64,000 nucleotides of DNA from Octopus sinensis (GCF_006345805.1 NC_042999.1:70804001-70868000), one strand, 5' to 3'. Positions 39,860-54,786 are shown, counted from the first letter of the stretch. Made by a program: numbers and translations. Notes: generated by a model from the letters alone, not told the origin.

Positions 39860-41400
39860 TTGATTTTAATATTTTGTCAAACTTCATAACCGAAAATGTA
39901 CTACTGCGTTATGACGCAAAGAAAATTAAAAAAAATATAACCCTTTTAAATGGTGAATTTGTTTTTTACACAAATGAAAAAAAAAAAAAAAACTTTCCCT
40001 TTCAATTAATGTTATAAATGTTTTTCTGAGTTACCTCCCTTACAAATGTGTGAATAAAGTAACGTAACGTGTATTGTTTGTGCGCCCTGTGGCAAAAAAG
40101 CCTTTTATATTGTCCGTTGATCGCTGTCAGAGTATTTTTAATTATATTGATAGGAATCAATTGCAGCAACAAATATTAATACAATATTTTTCTTTGTGTT
40201 TTGTTTTTTCCTTTCAAATTTAGGTATTTTGTATCCTTCTCCAAACACATTAACCCATTATACTTCCTTTTTGTATGGCTTTAGATAAAGGAAGTAGGGC
40301 ACCATCTTTGACATTTTACATGGGTAAAGGTAGTTTGGAAAAGAATTTATTTCAGACTGGAGACCTGGTCTGAATACTTAGTACAGAATGTTGTCCACTG
40401 AAGGTTTCAATCGACCAGGTATTAATTAATAGAGTAAGTTTTAGCTTTTTGTGCCGAGTGGATTGGCTTTTCCTGTAAAAGCACAAACTTATCACTAATC
40501 TCCATGAATTCTACCCTTGTTTTTCACGACAAATTTCGAAGTTACAAAGATTTCTAATTCTAAATTTCTATTAGGAATAGTGTTTCAATAAATAAGATCG
40601 AGTTATATACTTAAAATTTTTGTGCACACAGTGAAACATTTCTTTAGCAAAGATATCAGTGTCAACACAACAGCTCTTAATTTGAAGGCGGTGTTATTGA
40701 ATTTATAGAGTTTTTGTTTCGAAGAAAATTGTTGAGGCCTTGTCTATGATTGTATAATCAAGGCACATAACTCTACGAAATAGTTTGATTTTAATATTTT
40801 GACAAACTTCATAACCGAAATGTGTACTATTGAAAATGTTCTACTGCATTAAGACACAAAGAAAATTAAAAATATGTAACCCTTTTAAATGGTGACTTTC
40901 TTTAATTACTCAAAGGAAAAAAAAAAAGCTTTCCCTTTCAATGGTTTATAAATGTTTTTCTGAGTTGCCTCCCCTACAAATGTGTAAAAAGAGTAATGTG
41001 ATGTGTATTGTTAGTGCGCCCTGTAGGAAAATAGCCTTTTATATTTTCCGTGGATCTCTCTGTCAGAGAATTTTTAATTATATTGATAGAACTCAATTGC
41101 AACAACAAATATTAATACAATATTTTGTATCCTTCTCCAAACACATTAACCTATTATACTTCCTTTTTGTACGGCTTAGACAAAGGATGTAGGGCACCAT
41201 TTTTGACATTTTACATGATTAAAGGTAGTTTGAAAAAGAATTTATTTCAGACTGGAGACCTGGCCTGAATATTTACAACAGAATGTTGTCCACTAAAGGT
41301 ACTCAATGGACCATGTATTAGTTGACAGAGTAAGTTTTAGCTTTTTGTGCCGAGTGAATTGACTTTTCCTGTAAAGGCACAAACTTATTTCGCAGTTGAA
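39860..41400 (+). repeat. Direct duplication of a ~620-bp AT-rich segment (39860-40497 and 40786-41390)
   Basis: Both copies run from tgattttaatattttg.caaacttcataaccgaaa to ttttcctgtaaa.gcacaaacttat with scattered substitutions and indels. Confidence 0.9.
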
Positions 41401-41846
41401 TTTTTTTGCAATTGTAAAACCATTTATTTACTTTATGAGGGGAAAAACTGAAAGAAACAATAACACAAACAAAAATCAACTCAAAATAAAACAAAATAAA
41501 AAAAAAACAAAAAAGAACTTTCCTCACGCCTTCTTCCTAATTCCCCACTGGTGATCAATAGTTAGGGCTACCTGTGATTTATAATTATTATAGTCTCTCG
41601 TAGTAATGTGTCAAAATATTGTGCACGCATACACACACACACATACATACATACATACATATATCTATATATATAATATATATATATATAGGTTATGAGA
41701 GGTAATGGTGTCAGTGAGACCCAAAGGTGTCAGGTAATGCTGAATAAGTGCTATGGATAGACCATAGTTGAGTTCCAGGTTCGGTGATTATGCAAATAAG
41801 GGGTCCAACATAGGTCATATATCAGCATGTGTATATAAAAAAATTT

Positions 41847-42488
41847 TTTTTTCCGTAATGAGATAAAAAAACCAAGGCTGTGTAGATTTTAGAATATTTA
41901 TAAATAGAAAGTCTTACAGCTTTTTCTAGGATATTTAATATATCCTGTCATCGGAGACGGTGTGAGAAGATGGTTAAGCAATAGTTAATTTACATAAGAT
42001 ATGAAGTAGAGAGTGAGGTGGAGGAATGAAAATAGATGTGAGATATGCAGGGATATTGTATTTGTAGATCCATTATTTAGGCAGAATCATCATCATCGTT
42101 TAGCGTCCGTTTTCCATGCTAGCATGGGTTGGACGGTTCTACTGGGGTCTGTGAAGCCAGTAGGCTTCATCAGGCCCAGTCTTATCTGGCAGTGTTTCTA
42201 CAGCTGGATGCCCTTCCTAACGCCAATGGTATATATATAAGATTCCAGTACCATTCTGCCTAAATAATGGATCTACAAATACAATATCCCTGCATATCTC
42301 ACATCTATTTTCATTCCTCCACCTCACTCTCTACTTCATATCTTTTGTAAATTAACAATTGCTTAACCATCTCACACTGTCTCCGATGAAGGGATATAAT
42401 AAATATCCTAGAAACAGCTGTAAGACCTATTTATAAATGTTCTAAAATCTACACAGCCTTGGTTTTTTTATCTCATTACGGAAAAAAA
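41847..42488. repeat. Long inverted repeat with ~240-bp arms (41847-42087 and 42253-42488)
   Basis: Arms are reverse complements with few mismatches; the spacer holds an RTE-type tail fragment; arm ends carry a Penelope-like ccgatgaagg...gaaacagctg motif. Confidence 0.9.
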
Positions 42489-42642
42489 TAATAATATATA
42501 TATATATATTATATATAACCTATAATACATAATTATTACACAATGTACTTTCTTGACTCATTCATTCTGACAATCCAGTTTTCTTACTGCAGATATCATT
42601 GTTATCTTGCTGAATGATTAGAAAATAAAGGAATTATTATTA

Positions 42643-42879
42643 TTGGGTTGGTGCATAATTATTGTGGGTTTTTTTCAACAAATTTTATTCAACATAAATA
42701 ATAACAATATTTAACAAAAACATCTTTAAATACGGTCTGACTGTCTGCCAAGCAAATGGGAAGCAGTAATTGAAGTAGATGGTGAATATGCTCCGGAATA
42801 ATCATTTAAAGATGTTTTTGTTATTTTTGTTGAATAAATTTTTTTGAAAAAGAGCCACAATAATTATGCACCAACCCAA
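42643..42879 (+). mobile_element. Mariner MITE
   Basis: TIRs ttgggttggtgcataattattgtgg and ccacaataattatgcaccaacccaa; TA on both sides (42641-42642, 42880-42881); retains the transposase C-terminus LPSKWEAVIEVDGEY. Confidence 0.9.
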
Positions 42880-44144
42880 TATTATTAACATTATTGTTGT
42901 TGTTGTTCTTCTTACAAGGGAATGACATCGTTTGGTGCAATAAATTGTTATTGAATTTTGCTGTGCTGCAAATTATTTTGGTTTTTATTGTACCAGTTTG
43001 TCTTTAAGTCAACTACCATCTTCTGAGGCTAAGTTTGCTTTGTGAAAGTTTCTTCTCTTCTAGGTGAGTTTTGAAATTTTAAAAAGCGAATGTACATGCT
43101 AAGGAAAAATCAATATAGCTTCTAAAATCAAGGCAAGAGATGGCTTTTGGAAGAGCCATTATGAAAATAATTTCCCACCTCTACCTGCTACAATTAACAG
43201 AAAATGTATGAATAGCAATAGCAATGGTGACAACAACAACCAAAACAAGATGTTAACTGAGAGTGTATGAATATTAATAGCAATAACAACAATGACAAAC
43301 CAACACCTGTGAAAGAAACATGAGGGCAACACTCCTGCCACGCTTCAAACTGCTACAAATACGAGCAAAAGGAACAACAACAATGATAAACAAGATAAAG
43401 AGAAATTTGAAAGGAACATGACTTTCACCATCACCACCACCTGTTCAAACTTTTATATGATAAAAACTGAACAGCAATGTTTAAATGCATTTAGAAAATT
43501 AGAGGCTGTTCTTTTTTGCCGAAAGAACTAAGAATTGCAAAAATTAATCTCACCAAAAATGACTGAAAAATATACCTAAATACATAGTAACAAATTCAAG
43601 AGAAAATCCAAAGTAAAACAATAATATATTAATGCATTGAACTGAAAATGAGGCAGTTTGAGCGAATGATGTAGGCTTGAATTGAAAAGTGCCTTAAACT
43701 CCTATGTTACTTGAGGTAGGTATTTTGGCACAGTTGAGTTGAGATTTCAAACAGATGAAGTGAAAAATTCAATAACACTTAAGAGCGATGAAATGCTCTT
43801 GATTCCAACAGATGTTGGAATCAATGTTAAAAATATAGGCGGCTGAGGTACCACCAACTACTCATGAATACATAGGTACCTATAATGACTAGTGAGTGAC
43901 CACATGGTGCATGTTACCGAGTTGTAATCACTTGCAAATATGGCTTGGTAATGGGTTTTTACAACCATGTTATTCAACATGTTTTTTTCTATATTTTATT
44001 GTTCATTTGTAAGAGCTATGCCCCTTGGTTTTAGTCAGTTTATATATCAAACACTAGTGATATCAACAACTCTTGTATATTGTGTGAGTAAATGTGTCAC
44101 TCCTTTTGTTAAATTGCAGCTGCTGAGGTAGATTGTCAGTGAAC

Positions 44145-45092
44145 TTGTTGTTCTTAGTCTTCATAAATGACTTGCCCGACGACCTCACGCAACACACCCT
44201 TCTATTTGCCGACGATATCAAACTGGTCGCTCCTCGCGGTAGTATAGAGGATCTTCGTCGATGCCTCCACCAAATTTGGAAGTGGTCTAACGATTGGGAC
44301 CTGTGTCTGAACGTGTCAAAGTGCTGTCATCTGCCTGTCGGCTCTACTCCTACAACTCAACTTGATTTCGAGCCGGGTCGTCTGCTGCTGGAGAGGACTG
44401 ATCAGGTAAAGGACCTGGGTATCTTGGTGGATTCCTCCTTTTCGCCTTCGGCCCAGTGCGTCCATGCTGCCAACAAAGCGCGCGGAATTCTGTTTTTGAT
44501 TCGACGGTCATTCGGAGTGCTCACAGCAGCCATATTCCTGCCACTCTATGTCACGCTGGTGAGACCCATATTGGAGTATGGGATTCAAGCCTCTTCTCCT
44601 TATCTCCTCAAAGACATACAGCACCTCGAAAGAGTCCAGAGGCTGGCTACCCACCTGGTTCATGGTCTCAAAAATTTGTCCTACGAAGAAAGGCTGAGGA
44701 CGCTCGACCTTTATTCTCTTGAAAAACGCCGCCGCCGTGGTGATCTCATTCTTGCCCACAACATCATATGCGGGAAGTGTAACCTCTCGAAAGAGCTGTT
44801 CTTCACTCCTGCTCCGGAGCGTCGGCTGCGGGGTCATTCCGAAAAGCTCTACCTGCGACGATTTCATCTCAATCGAAGGAGAGGAGCTTTCTCCGTCCGG
44901 GTTGCGGATCCGTGGAACAAGCTGCCAGATGAGATGGTGAAGATGCCGACGACCGCTTTGTTCAAAGCCTCCCTGGACCTCAAGTGGCCTGAACTCTTTA
45001 CATGAACACCACCCTGTACTTAACTCCATGTCCCCCTACATGGCCTTGCTATTTGCTTTTGAGCCAAATTAACTAACTAACTAACTAACTAA
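44145..45092 (+). mobile_element. 5'-truncated CR1/L2-type LINE with an intact RT C-terminal ORF (44133-45005)
   Basis: LLFLVFINDL...LLFADDIKL (FADD motif), KDLGILVD, LYSLEKRRRRGDLI; (AACT)n tail at about 45070-45092; GC-richer than the flanks. Confidence 0.92.
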
Positions 45093-45559
45093 CATACATA
45101 TAATGAATGTTTGTGGTATATTTGAAGTTCATTTTCCCTGTTTATTTATGTGGATATAAATTTAAAACACTATGTATTGACTCGTACACTTTCAGCAGTG
45201 AACTAAAATTGTACTTTCTACATTCATGTGCATCTATTTACTATATGCATCGATGTATATATCTTTCTTCTAGTTAGACTTATTTGAAAAATTCCAGTAA
45301 GGAAGGAATTGGATTTCTAACAAAGATACAAAACTTTGTCTTAAGAATGTAGACACCAAAAACAATCACATTTTGAACTTGAGGAAAGTTTTGCATATTT
45401 TTACTGTTCTGCTTACAGTATGTATTTGTAATGTGTAAGTTAGCTGGTTGATTTTTTTCCCCCTAAAAACCCTAGTTTTGTCCAGATTGTCTGACAAAAC
45501 CAGGTAGGCCAATTATTATTGATATAAATGTGAATTTATAATCTGGGTAGAGAAGCTGG

Positions 45560-47440
45560 AGATTTTGAAGTAACTGTCTGTGGTTATCCTCTTTCTATTT
45601 GATTTCTGAAGAGATATTCACATCAGGAGGGCAGCTGACCTCTATGGTAGTACATTCCTTTTCTTGTGTGTCCCAAAGAAGAGTATCCAACCTGATATGT
45701 TTGATGGGGATGTTCCACCAACATTTCAAGTGCTGATGTTTATGTATATATTGAATAACAAAAAGAGAGTGCTTCCCGAAGAGCTCACTGCCAAAACTTA
45801 GGAAGCTGTACCCTTCACTTTTCAATTCTAGGTTTATGTATTTATTTTTGCTGCTATTGTTTAGCAGGTACTGCCTGAGAAAGACAATATGACATTCGAA
45901 GGCTGACTATACTGGTCTCTGGCCTCTACCTCCTTTATCTCTTCTTAAGCAGATTCTGTTGATATCGCTGTTTCTGTGGAGTTTTCCAGTTGATGTCAGT
46001 ATCTTTTGAGTTTAATGTCTATGGAATGTATTTCCTCTACAGACAAGTTAAGTATCTCTAATGTTGGTATCAGCACTTCTACTGCATTGTGAGATACTGT
46101 CTTGTTGTATGTGGAGAGTTCTGATCGCCATATGTTTTCTAAGTCAGGTGTAATATTTTCAGGTCTCTCTATCTTTATTTATAATACCTTTGTCAATGTC
46201 TAGGCATTTGTGGTGTTCTTTATGTGGAACAGGAGAGATAGATATATCATTTATGTACAAGTTGTGAGTTCGGGGGACTGATTTTCCATTTTCAGCAATC
46301 AGTTATGCACATTTCTTTTGGTCAAATTCCATTCCCATATCAGCTGAACATGTTATTAAACTTCAGCATTTTTTGGCATTGTTTAACATTTTTAGTAAAG
46401 ATTTTCAGGTCATTCACAAAGAAATTATTGATTGCATCTGTATCTTTAAAAGGTGCAAACCCTAGTGTGTAGCCATTAGGTTTTTGTGGCAGAAATGATA
46501 ATGGATCTTAATGCCAAAATAAACAGAATTACAGAAAAACTATCTCCTTGGAATATTCCCTGTATTTATAACATCAAAGATAATTGTCCTGCTCTCAGTT
46601 ATAAGTATGTGAATTGTTGCCCAGGTCTTTGTGAGCCTCTCAATGGCTGCAACTAAGGTAGCAGATGCTTTTGTCAAGTGGAGAAAGTTCAGCAGCCATC
46701 AGTGGGGAATAGAATCGAATGCTTACCTGTAATCAAGCCATATGGCCTCAATGTTTCTGCAGTGTTTTCTTTCTTCATACTATACACCTTTGTTTATCAA
46801 AGGTTGTACAGTACTTCCAGGGAGACTATCTCCCTGGAATATTCCCTTTGAAATATTTATGGCACTGGAGACGATCGTTCCACTCTCTGTCCGAAGTGTG
46901 AGGATTGTTGTCCAGGTCTTTGTGAGCTTCTCAATGGCAGCAATTAAGACAGCAGGCACTTTTGCAAAATGGAGACACTTCAGCAGCCATGAGTGATGAA
47001 TAGAGTCAAATGCCACCCTATAATCAAGCCATACTGTTCTAAGGCGCCTGTGATGCTTTTTTTTAAACCTTGTATAGTAGAGCTTTGTTTATCAGTAGTT
47101 GTTTGGCACATCACCACAATCTTTCCACCTGACCATTAACTACTCACAATGACCCTGGAGGAATTGGTTGAAGTATCTTGCATAGAGTTTGTACATAATG
47201 TTCAGGCAAGCAATGGACATATAATTATCTGCCATCTTGGTGGATTTATTTGTGGCTACAAGATTTGTCCGTGTTATTGCAAGCCAATCTTGCATGTCTA
47301 TTTGGGTTTTCATAGTCCTTTTAAATATACATATTAATGGCTTTCTGTAAAAATCTATTAATATGTACCAGTACCTAACTATTAGTGCTCTTCTACTGAC
47401 AATTTTGAAGGATTTTCTCTTAGCACTTTTTAGTTTATAC
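45560..47440 (-). mobile_element. Degenerate R4/Dong-like non-LTR element (RT plus restriction-like endonuclease)
   Basis: Minus-strand ORFs DNYMSIACLNIMYKL, AFDSIHHSWL...KGIFQGDSL (RT) and IRLDTLLWDTQEKECTTIEVSCPPDVNI (PD-D/ExK-like RLE). Confidence 0.7.
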
Positions 47441-47497
47441 ATACCTACATACATGCACACATACGTACACATGTATGTATGTATGTATGTATGTGTA

Positions 47498-48362
47498 CGA
47501 AGGGGTATCCAAAAGTAACCGGAAACATCCTCTGTCCGTTGTAGTTCGGACTTTCTGCACTAGAAGCCACTTGATGCAGCTTTCAGGCATCAATCTGCCA
47601 ACCGGCGGCGTCGGGTGAGGTCGTACTGCCACGTGGTGCGTCTTTGTTTTGCAGTGCTTCTCCCCTGTTCATCGACTTTTGTGCTGGCTGAAATGAAGAA
47701 ACAGCGTGCTTCCGTGAAATTCTGTTTTCTGCTGGGGAAAACTGCGGCCGAAACAGTTCTCATGCTTTAAGTAGCTTACAAGGACGCTGTCATGAGCAAA
47801 ACACGTTTACGAGTGGTTTTCACGTTTTAGGAATGGTCACTTGTCACTTGAAGACCAACCTTCTTCAGGGCGACTGTCGACATCCCGAACGAATGAAAAC
47901 ATCACGAAAATTCATGAACTGATCGTGGAGGACCGTCACTGAACAATTGATTGGTGTGTCCGGGAGCTCCTGCCAGCGAATTTTGAGCGAGGAATTGCGA
48001 ATGAAAAGAGTTGCAACAAAATTTATGTCTCGCTTGCTCACGAAAGATCAAATGCAGTCACGACTGAATACGTGTCGTGAATTGAAAGTTGTTCCGGACC
48101 TCTTTTCGAAGGTCATCACTGGTGATGAAAGCTGGTGATACGGAATTTGCAGATGTGGAAGAGGTGAAGAACAAAAGTACGGAAGCGTTAAAAGGCATCA
48201 CTTCGCAAGAGTTCCATCCCTGTTTCAAGCATTGGAAAATGCGTCTGGACCGATGCATTGCTTCAAATGGAGAATACCTGGAAGGCGATAAAGGTGTAAA
48301 CATGTAAAACTAAGTGAACAAAATAACATTGCAAAATTCCAGTTTCATTTAGGTGCCCGCTC
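47498..48362 (+). mobile_element. Internally deleted mariner transposon
   Basis: Imperfect 27-bp TIRs flanked by TA; remnants MKKQRASVKFCFLLGKTAAETV, VYEWFSRF, KVITGDESW and CFKHWKMRLDRCIASNGEY; most of the catalytic domain is missing. Confidence 0.88.
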
Positions 48363-48393
<31 letters not shown>

Positions 48394-48514
48394 TAATATA
48401 TACATTATATAATATATATTGTATAATATATATTATATAATATTATATATATATTATATAATATATATTATATAATATATATTATATAATATATATATTA
48501 TATAATATATATAT

Positions 48515-48552
<38 letters not shown>

Positions 48553-48692
48553 TATATATTATATAATATATATATATAATATATATATAATATATATATA
48601 TATAATATATATAATATCTATATATATATAATAATATATAAATATATATATATAATATATATATATAATATATATATATAAATACATATATA

Positions 48693-48735
<43 letters not shown>

Positions 48736-49045
48736 TATAATATATATATATATAATATTATATGTGGAGGCGCAATGGCCCAGTGGTTAGGGCAGCGGAC
48801 TTGCGGCCGGAGGATCGCGGGGTTTCGATTCCCAGACCGGGCGTTGTGTGTGTTTATTGAGCGAAAAAAAACACCTAAAAGCTCCACGAGGCTCCGGCAG
48901 GAGGTGGTGATCCCTGCTGTACTCTTCACCACTCTAAAGGCGGGTGCTCCAGCATGGCCGCAGTCAAATGACTGAAACAAGTACCAAAAAAAAAATATAT
49001 AATATATATATATAATATATATAATATATATAGATATAATATAAT

Positions 49046-49077
<32 letters not shown>

Positions 49078-50112
49078 ATAATATATATATAAATATATAG
49101 ATATATATATATATATAATATATATAATATATATATATATAATATATATATTATATATAGTAATAATATATATATTATATAATATATATTATATAATATA
49201 TGTATATATATTATATATTATATGTATTATATAATATATATATTATATAAGATATAAATATATATATATATATATATTATATATAATATATATATATATA
49301 TATAAAATATATAATATATATATATAATATAATTATATAATATAATTATATATATAATATATGTATATATATTATATATTATATGTAATATAATATATAT
49401 ATTATATAAGATATAAATATATATATATATAATATATATTATATATATATATATATATATAAATATATATAATATATATTATATATATATATATATATAT
49501 ATTATTATAATATATATATATATTATATTATTATATAATATATATATATATTATATATATTAATAATATATATATATTATATATATTATATAATATATAT
49601 TAATTATTAATATTTATATAATATAATATATACATATATATATATTATATGTATATATATTATATAATATATATGTATATATATATATATACATATATAT
49701 ATATTATTATATATTATATAATATATATAATATATATTATAATATATTATATATATATACATATATATTATATAATGATATATTATATATATACATATAA
49801 TATATTATTATATATATTATATATATATTATATAATATATATATATATTATATAATATAATATATATTAAGATATATATATATATATAATATATATATAT
49901 ATATAATATATACTATATATAATATATATATTATATATATTACATATATATACTTATATATATATATTATATATATATATATATAATATATATATATATA
50001 TAATATATATATTATTATAATATATATATATATATTATTAATATATATATATATATAATATATATATATATATATAATATATATATATATATAATATATA
50101 TATTATATCATA
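48363..50112. repeat. Large degenerate (TA)n/(TATAA)n array, interrupted by a SINE
   Basis: Read directly; almost only A and T. Confidence 0.95.
48764..48985 (+). mobile_element. Chimeric tRNA-derived SINE (family 3 head, family 2 tail)
   Basis: 5' part matches 54915-55075 (A box tggcccagtgg, B box ggtttcgattccc); 3' part aaggcgggtgctccagcatggccgcagtcaaatgactgaaacaagta matches the family 2 tail. Confidence 0.8.
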
Positions 50113-50360
50113 TAATTAAGGGCTAAAGAGGGTAATTCTAAAGCCAATACACTGATTTATCCACTTATAATCCGCTTGCTACAGGAGAATTGAAACTGAA
50201 AACGGGCAACTAACCTTTAGAAAATTTAAATTTCGTTATCTCTATATTGAATCAATTTCGGAATTAATCTTATAAAAAGATATATTCATTCTTCAGTAGA
50301 GCTTTCGATGGGATATAAATTTTGTGTAGAGAAAAGGACTTCATCCTATATTGCTAGTAG

Positions 50361-50401
<41 letters not shown>

Positions 50402-50443
50402 TGATATATATGTATATAAATATATATATATGTATATGTATAT

Positions 50444-50479
<36 letters not shown>

Positions 50480-50572
50480 ATATAATATATATAGATATAA
50501 TATATATTATATATAATATTATATATATATATATTATATATATATATAATATATATATATATATAATATATA

Positions 50573-51430
50573 GTAAAAGTTTCAAGCTCTATACTATCAG
50601 CATGCAAAACTAAATGCAATACCCAATGAATACACTGGACCCGGAGGAATAGCAATCCCAGAGGCACAATCAGTGCGTGACCTAGGTATTTACATGAGTG
50701 ATGACGCGACCTTTCGTGTACATGTTGCTAAATTGGCAATGAAATGTAGACGACTGGCCGGATGGATCCTCAGAACCTTTAGAACAAGAGAACAAGAAAC
50801 CATGATGGTCCTCTGGAGGACACTTGTCTTAAGCCACTTTGACTACTGCTCTCAGTTATGGTCACCATCCAGTGTCAAGTTGATCACAGAGCTCGAGGCG
50901 ATCCAACGTAGCTACACGAAGAAGATAGCCTCTATGCAGAATGTAAGCTACTGGGAAAGACTCAAGAGATTAAAACTATATTCCCTGGAGCGTAGGCGGG
51001 AAAGATATGCCATAATATACATCTGGAAGATCCTGGAGGGAAGTGTCCTGAACTTTGGCATCGAGAGTACGCAAATGCCAGAACTGGGCGCCATGCGTGG
51101 TGCCTAGGACTCCAAACTTGCCATCAAGATGTAGGACAAGTTTCTGTGATAGCCTGGGCTTCCGAGGCCCACAGCTCTTCAATATCCTCCCGAAGAACCT
51201 GAGAGACCTGCATGGGGTGGATGCAGATGTCTTAAAATGAAGCTGGATCTCTTCCTGTCAGGTGTCCCAGATGAACCAACTTCACGGCAGGAGGGGCAGA
51301 TGAGGGCAGCTGCATCGAACTCTCTCATGCACCAAATGGCAGTTGCTAGAAAGCTTTCGTGAAGTGAAACCAAGTAGCAACACCAAATGGCGGTGCCCCA
51401 GCATGGCCACAGCTCATAAGCTGAAACTAG

Positions 51431-51462
<32 letters not shown>
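50573..51462 (+). mobile_element. 5'-truncated CR1/L2-type LINE inside the TA array
   Basis: VRDLGIYMSDD...LYSLERRRERYAIIYIWKILEG; frameshifts and stops near 51035-51130; (AATC)n tail at about 51433-51462. Confidence 0.88.
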
Positions 51463-52684
<1,222 letters not shown>

Positions 52685-52685
<1 letters not shown>

Positions 52686-53555
52686 AAACGAAGATTTAAC
52701 AAAATTCCTTTATTTTATTTTCGACATATGTTTCGAAGTTTGCAAAGTCCCTAATTCCGAGTGAATAAGGAGTCCATTATGCAGCTTTCTCTTCAGGAAA
52801 ATCCAGGAACTTAATTCTCCAACAAAATGCACAACAAGCTTTTCGACGACTGCTCACAAGGAGCCCATAAAAATAATGATAAATAATGTCTACGCCAGAT
52901 TGGATGAAAGCAGGAGACATTGTCCGTCGACATAGTTCAAGGGCAGAATCAAGGTAGGAGAAGGAAGGTATAGGAAAACTAAAGAGAGTGAATGTATTCT
53001 GTATGACTGGTGTTTATATTTGATTTATTTTATGAATGAGTGCTCGAATGTATGAGTGTGTAAAATTGCCTTAATGTGTGTGTGTGCGTGTGTGCGTCTT
53101 TGAATGCGTGAAAGTGTGTGTGGAAGGTATAGAGAGAGAGATAGCAAGAATTAACGGTCAAGAACTGAAATGACTGTGTCTGTGTGTTCGAATGTGTCAA
53201 CTTAATAGGGAGAGGGCGGCCACAATAGCAATGACAAGATACAAGGTTACTGTTGGGATTGGTAGTAGTTCTTGGCAACTATGAGAAAGTCTTTTATACT
53301 AAAAGGGATGAGACATCACCTTTCAAATTTTTTTAGGAAATCCAGGGGTTATCTATATTAGACTTCATTGGTATGAGAGGAAGGTATGCCTTTTCCAGTG
53401 TAGGCATCTGAAAGAACTCTCAACAATCGAGTTTATTAGTCGGCCTCGGGCAAACAGAATATGAAAGAGTTCGGAATTACACAGGGCACAGATTTTTTTG
53501 CCCATATCAAACGGTAAAGACACCGATAATATTGACCATTCCAGCCTAAAAGTTG
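52685..53555 (-). mobile_element. Probable Penelope-like element 3' remnant
   Basis: Minus-strand terminus cctgaagagaaagc...cttcgaaacatatgtcgaaaataaaataaag; ORF piece RLINSIVESSF resembles the end of a GIY-YIG domain. Confidence 0.5.
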
Positions 53556-53837
53556 AATTTAAAAAATGTTTATTCACTTGACCGGTTTCACTTTTTTAGA
53601 AAAAGATTGTCAAAAGTAAAATCTAAAGCTTTGTATAAGCTTTGTTGTGTTAAGTACTGGTGGTCACAAAAGTATCAAAATTCTTTGATAATAATAAGAA
53701 AATATTAGAAACGGTTTACAAGAAAGTATTTAGGAAAATATTCAACAAAAAGTTCAATAAAAATCATGTTAGTTTGGTAGTATCTATATACATACACAGA
53801 AAAAGTATGTGTTCAATAAAAATCATGTTTGTTTGGT

Positions 53838-53889
<52 letters not shown>

Positions 53890-54079
53890 CAAAGGAGATA
53901 TATTTACGAGATTTTAACATTTTCTTATTACTATCAAAGAATGTACATATGTATTTTAATACTTTTGTGACCACCAGTACTTAACACAACAAAGCTTATA
54001 TAAAGCTTTACATTTTACTTTTGAAAATCTATTTTCTAAAAAGGTGAAACCGGTCAAGTGAATAAACATCTTTAAAATT
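53556..54079. repeat. Inverted repeat with ~150-bp arms (53556-53703 and 53919-54079)
   Basis: aatgtttattcacttgaccggtttcac...gttaagtactggtggtcacaaaagtat and its reverse complement; the spacer has a 30-bp direct repeat and (CA)n. Confidence 0.88.
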
Positions 54080-54092
54080 ACATTTTCAAACT

Positions 54093-54189
<97 letters not shown>

Positions 54190-54496
54190 GGAAAAAAAGT
54201 CAAGATAGAAAATGCTAAAATAATTTAATAAAAAACATTTCAGTACCTGTTTCAGTCATTGAAACTTTTTCAACTGCAACAATCAAACAATTAAATTTAG
54301 AAAAATAAGAAGAAAAGTTTTTTTAAAAGAATATTTGTATAGTGTTCAAAAACAAGTGGCATTTTCCTTGTTTCAGCCTGTCTCTGTCTCTCTTGTTTAT
54401 TCTTGTGATTCGAGGTCGTATTTATATATATATATTCATACATGTATATATTCATCATATAATAATATATATATATATATATATATATTATATAAT

Positions 54497-54528
<32 letters not shown>

Positions 54529-54699
54529 GATCATATGTATATGTATATATATATTCATATGTATATGTATATATATTCATATGTATATGAATATATATAT
54601 TCATACATACATAATATATATATGCATACATACATATATATATATATGCATACATATATATATATATATTCGTATATATATATATATATATATTATTCG

Positions 54700-54731
<32 letters not shown>

Positions 54732-54748
54732 TCATACATACACACGTG

Positions 54749-54786
<38 letters not shown>

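Noticed and set aside
39860-41400. CRISPR-like or satellite array
   Set aside because: Only two long copies with no repeat-spacer periodicity; eukaryotic context.
43150-43950. Purine-rich, coding-looking stretch
   Set aside because: Many stops in all frames; at most an old LINE remnant that I cannot assign.
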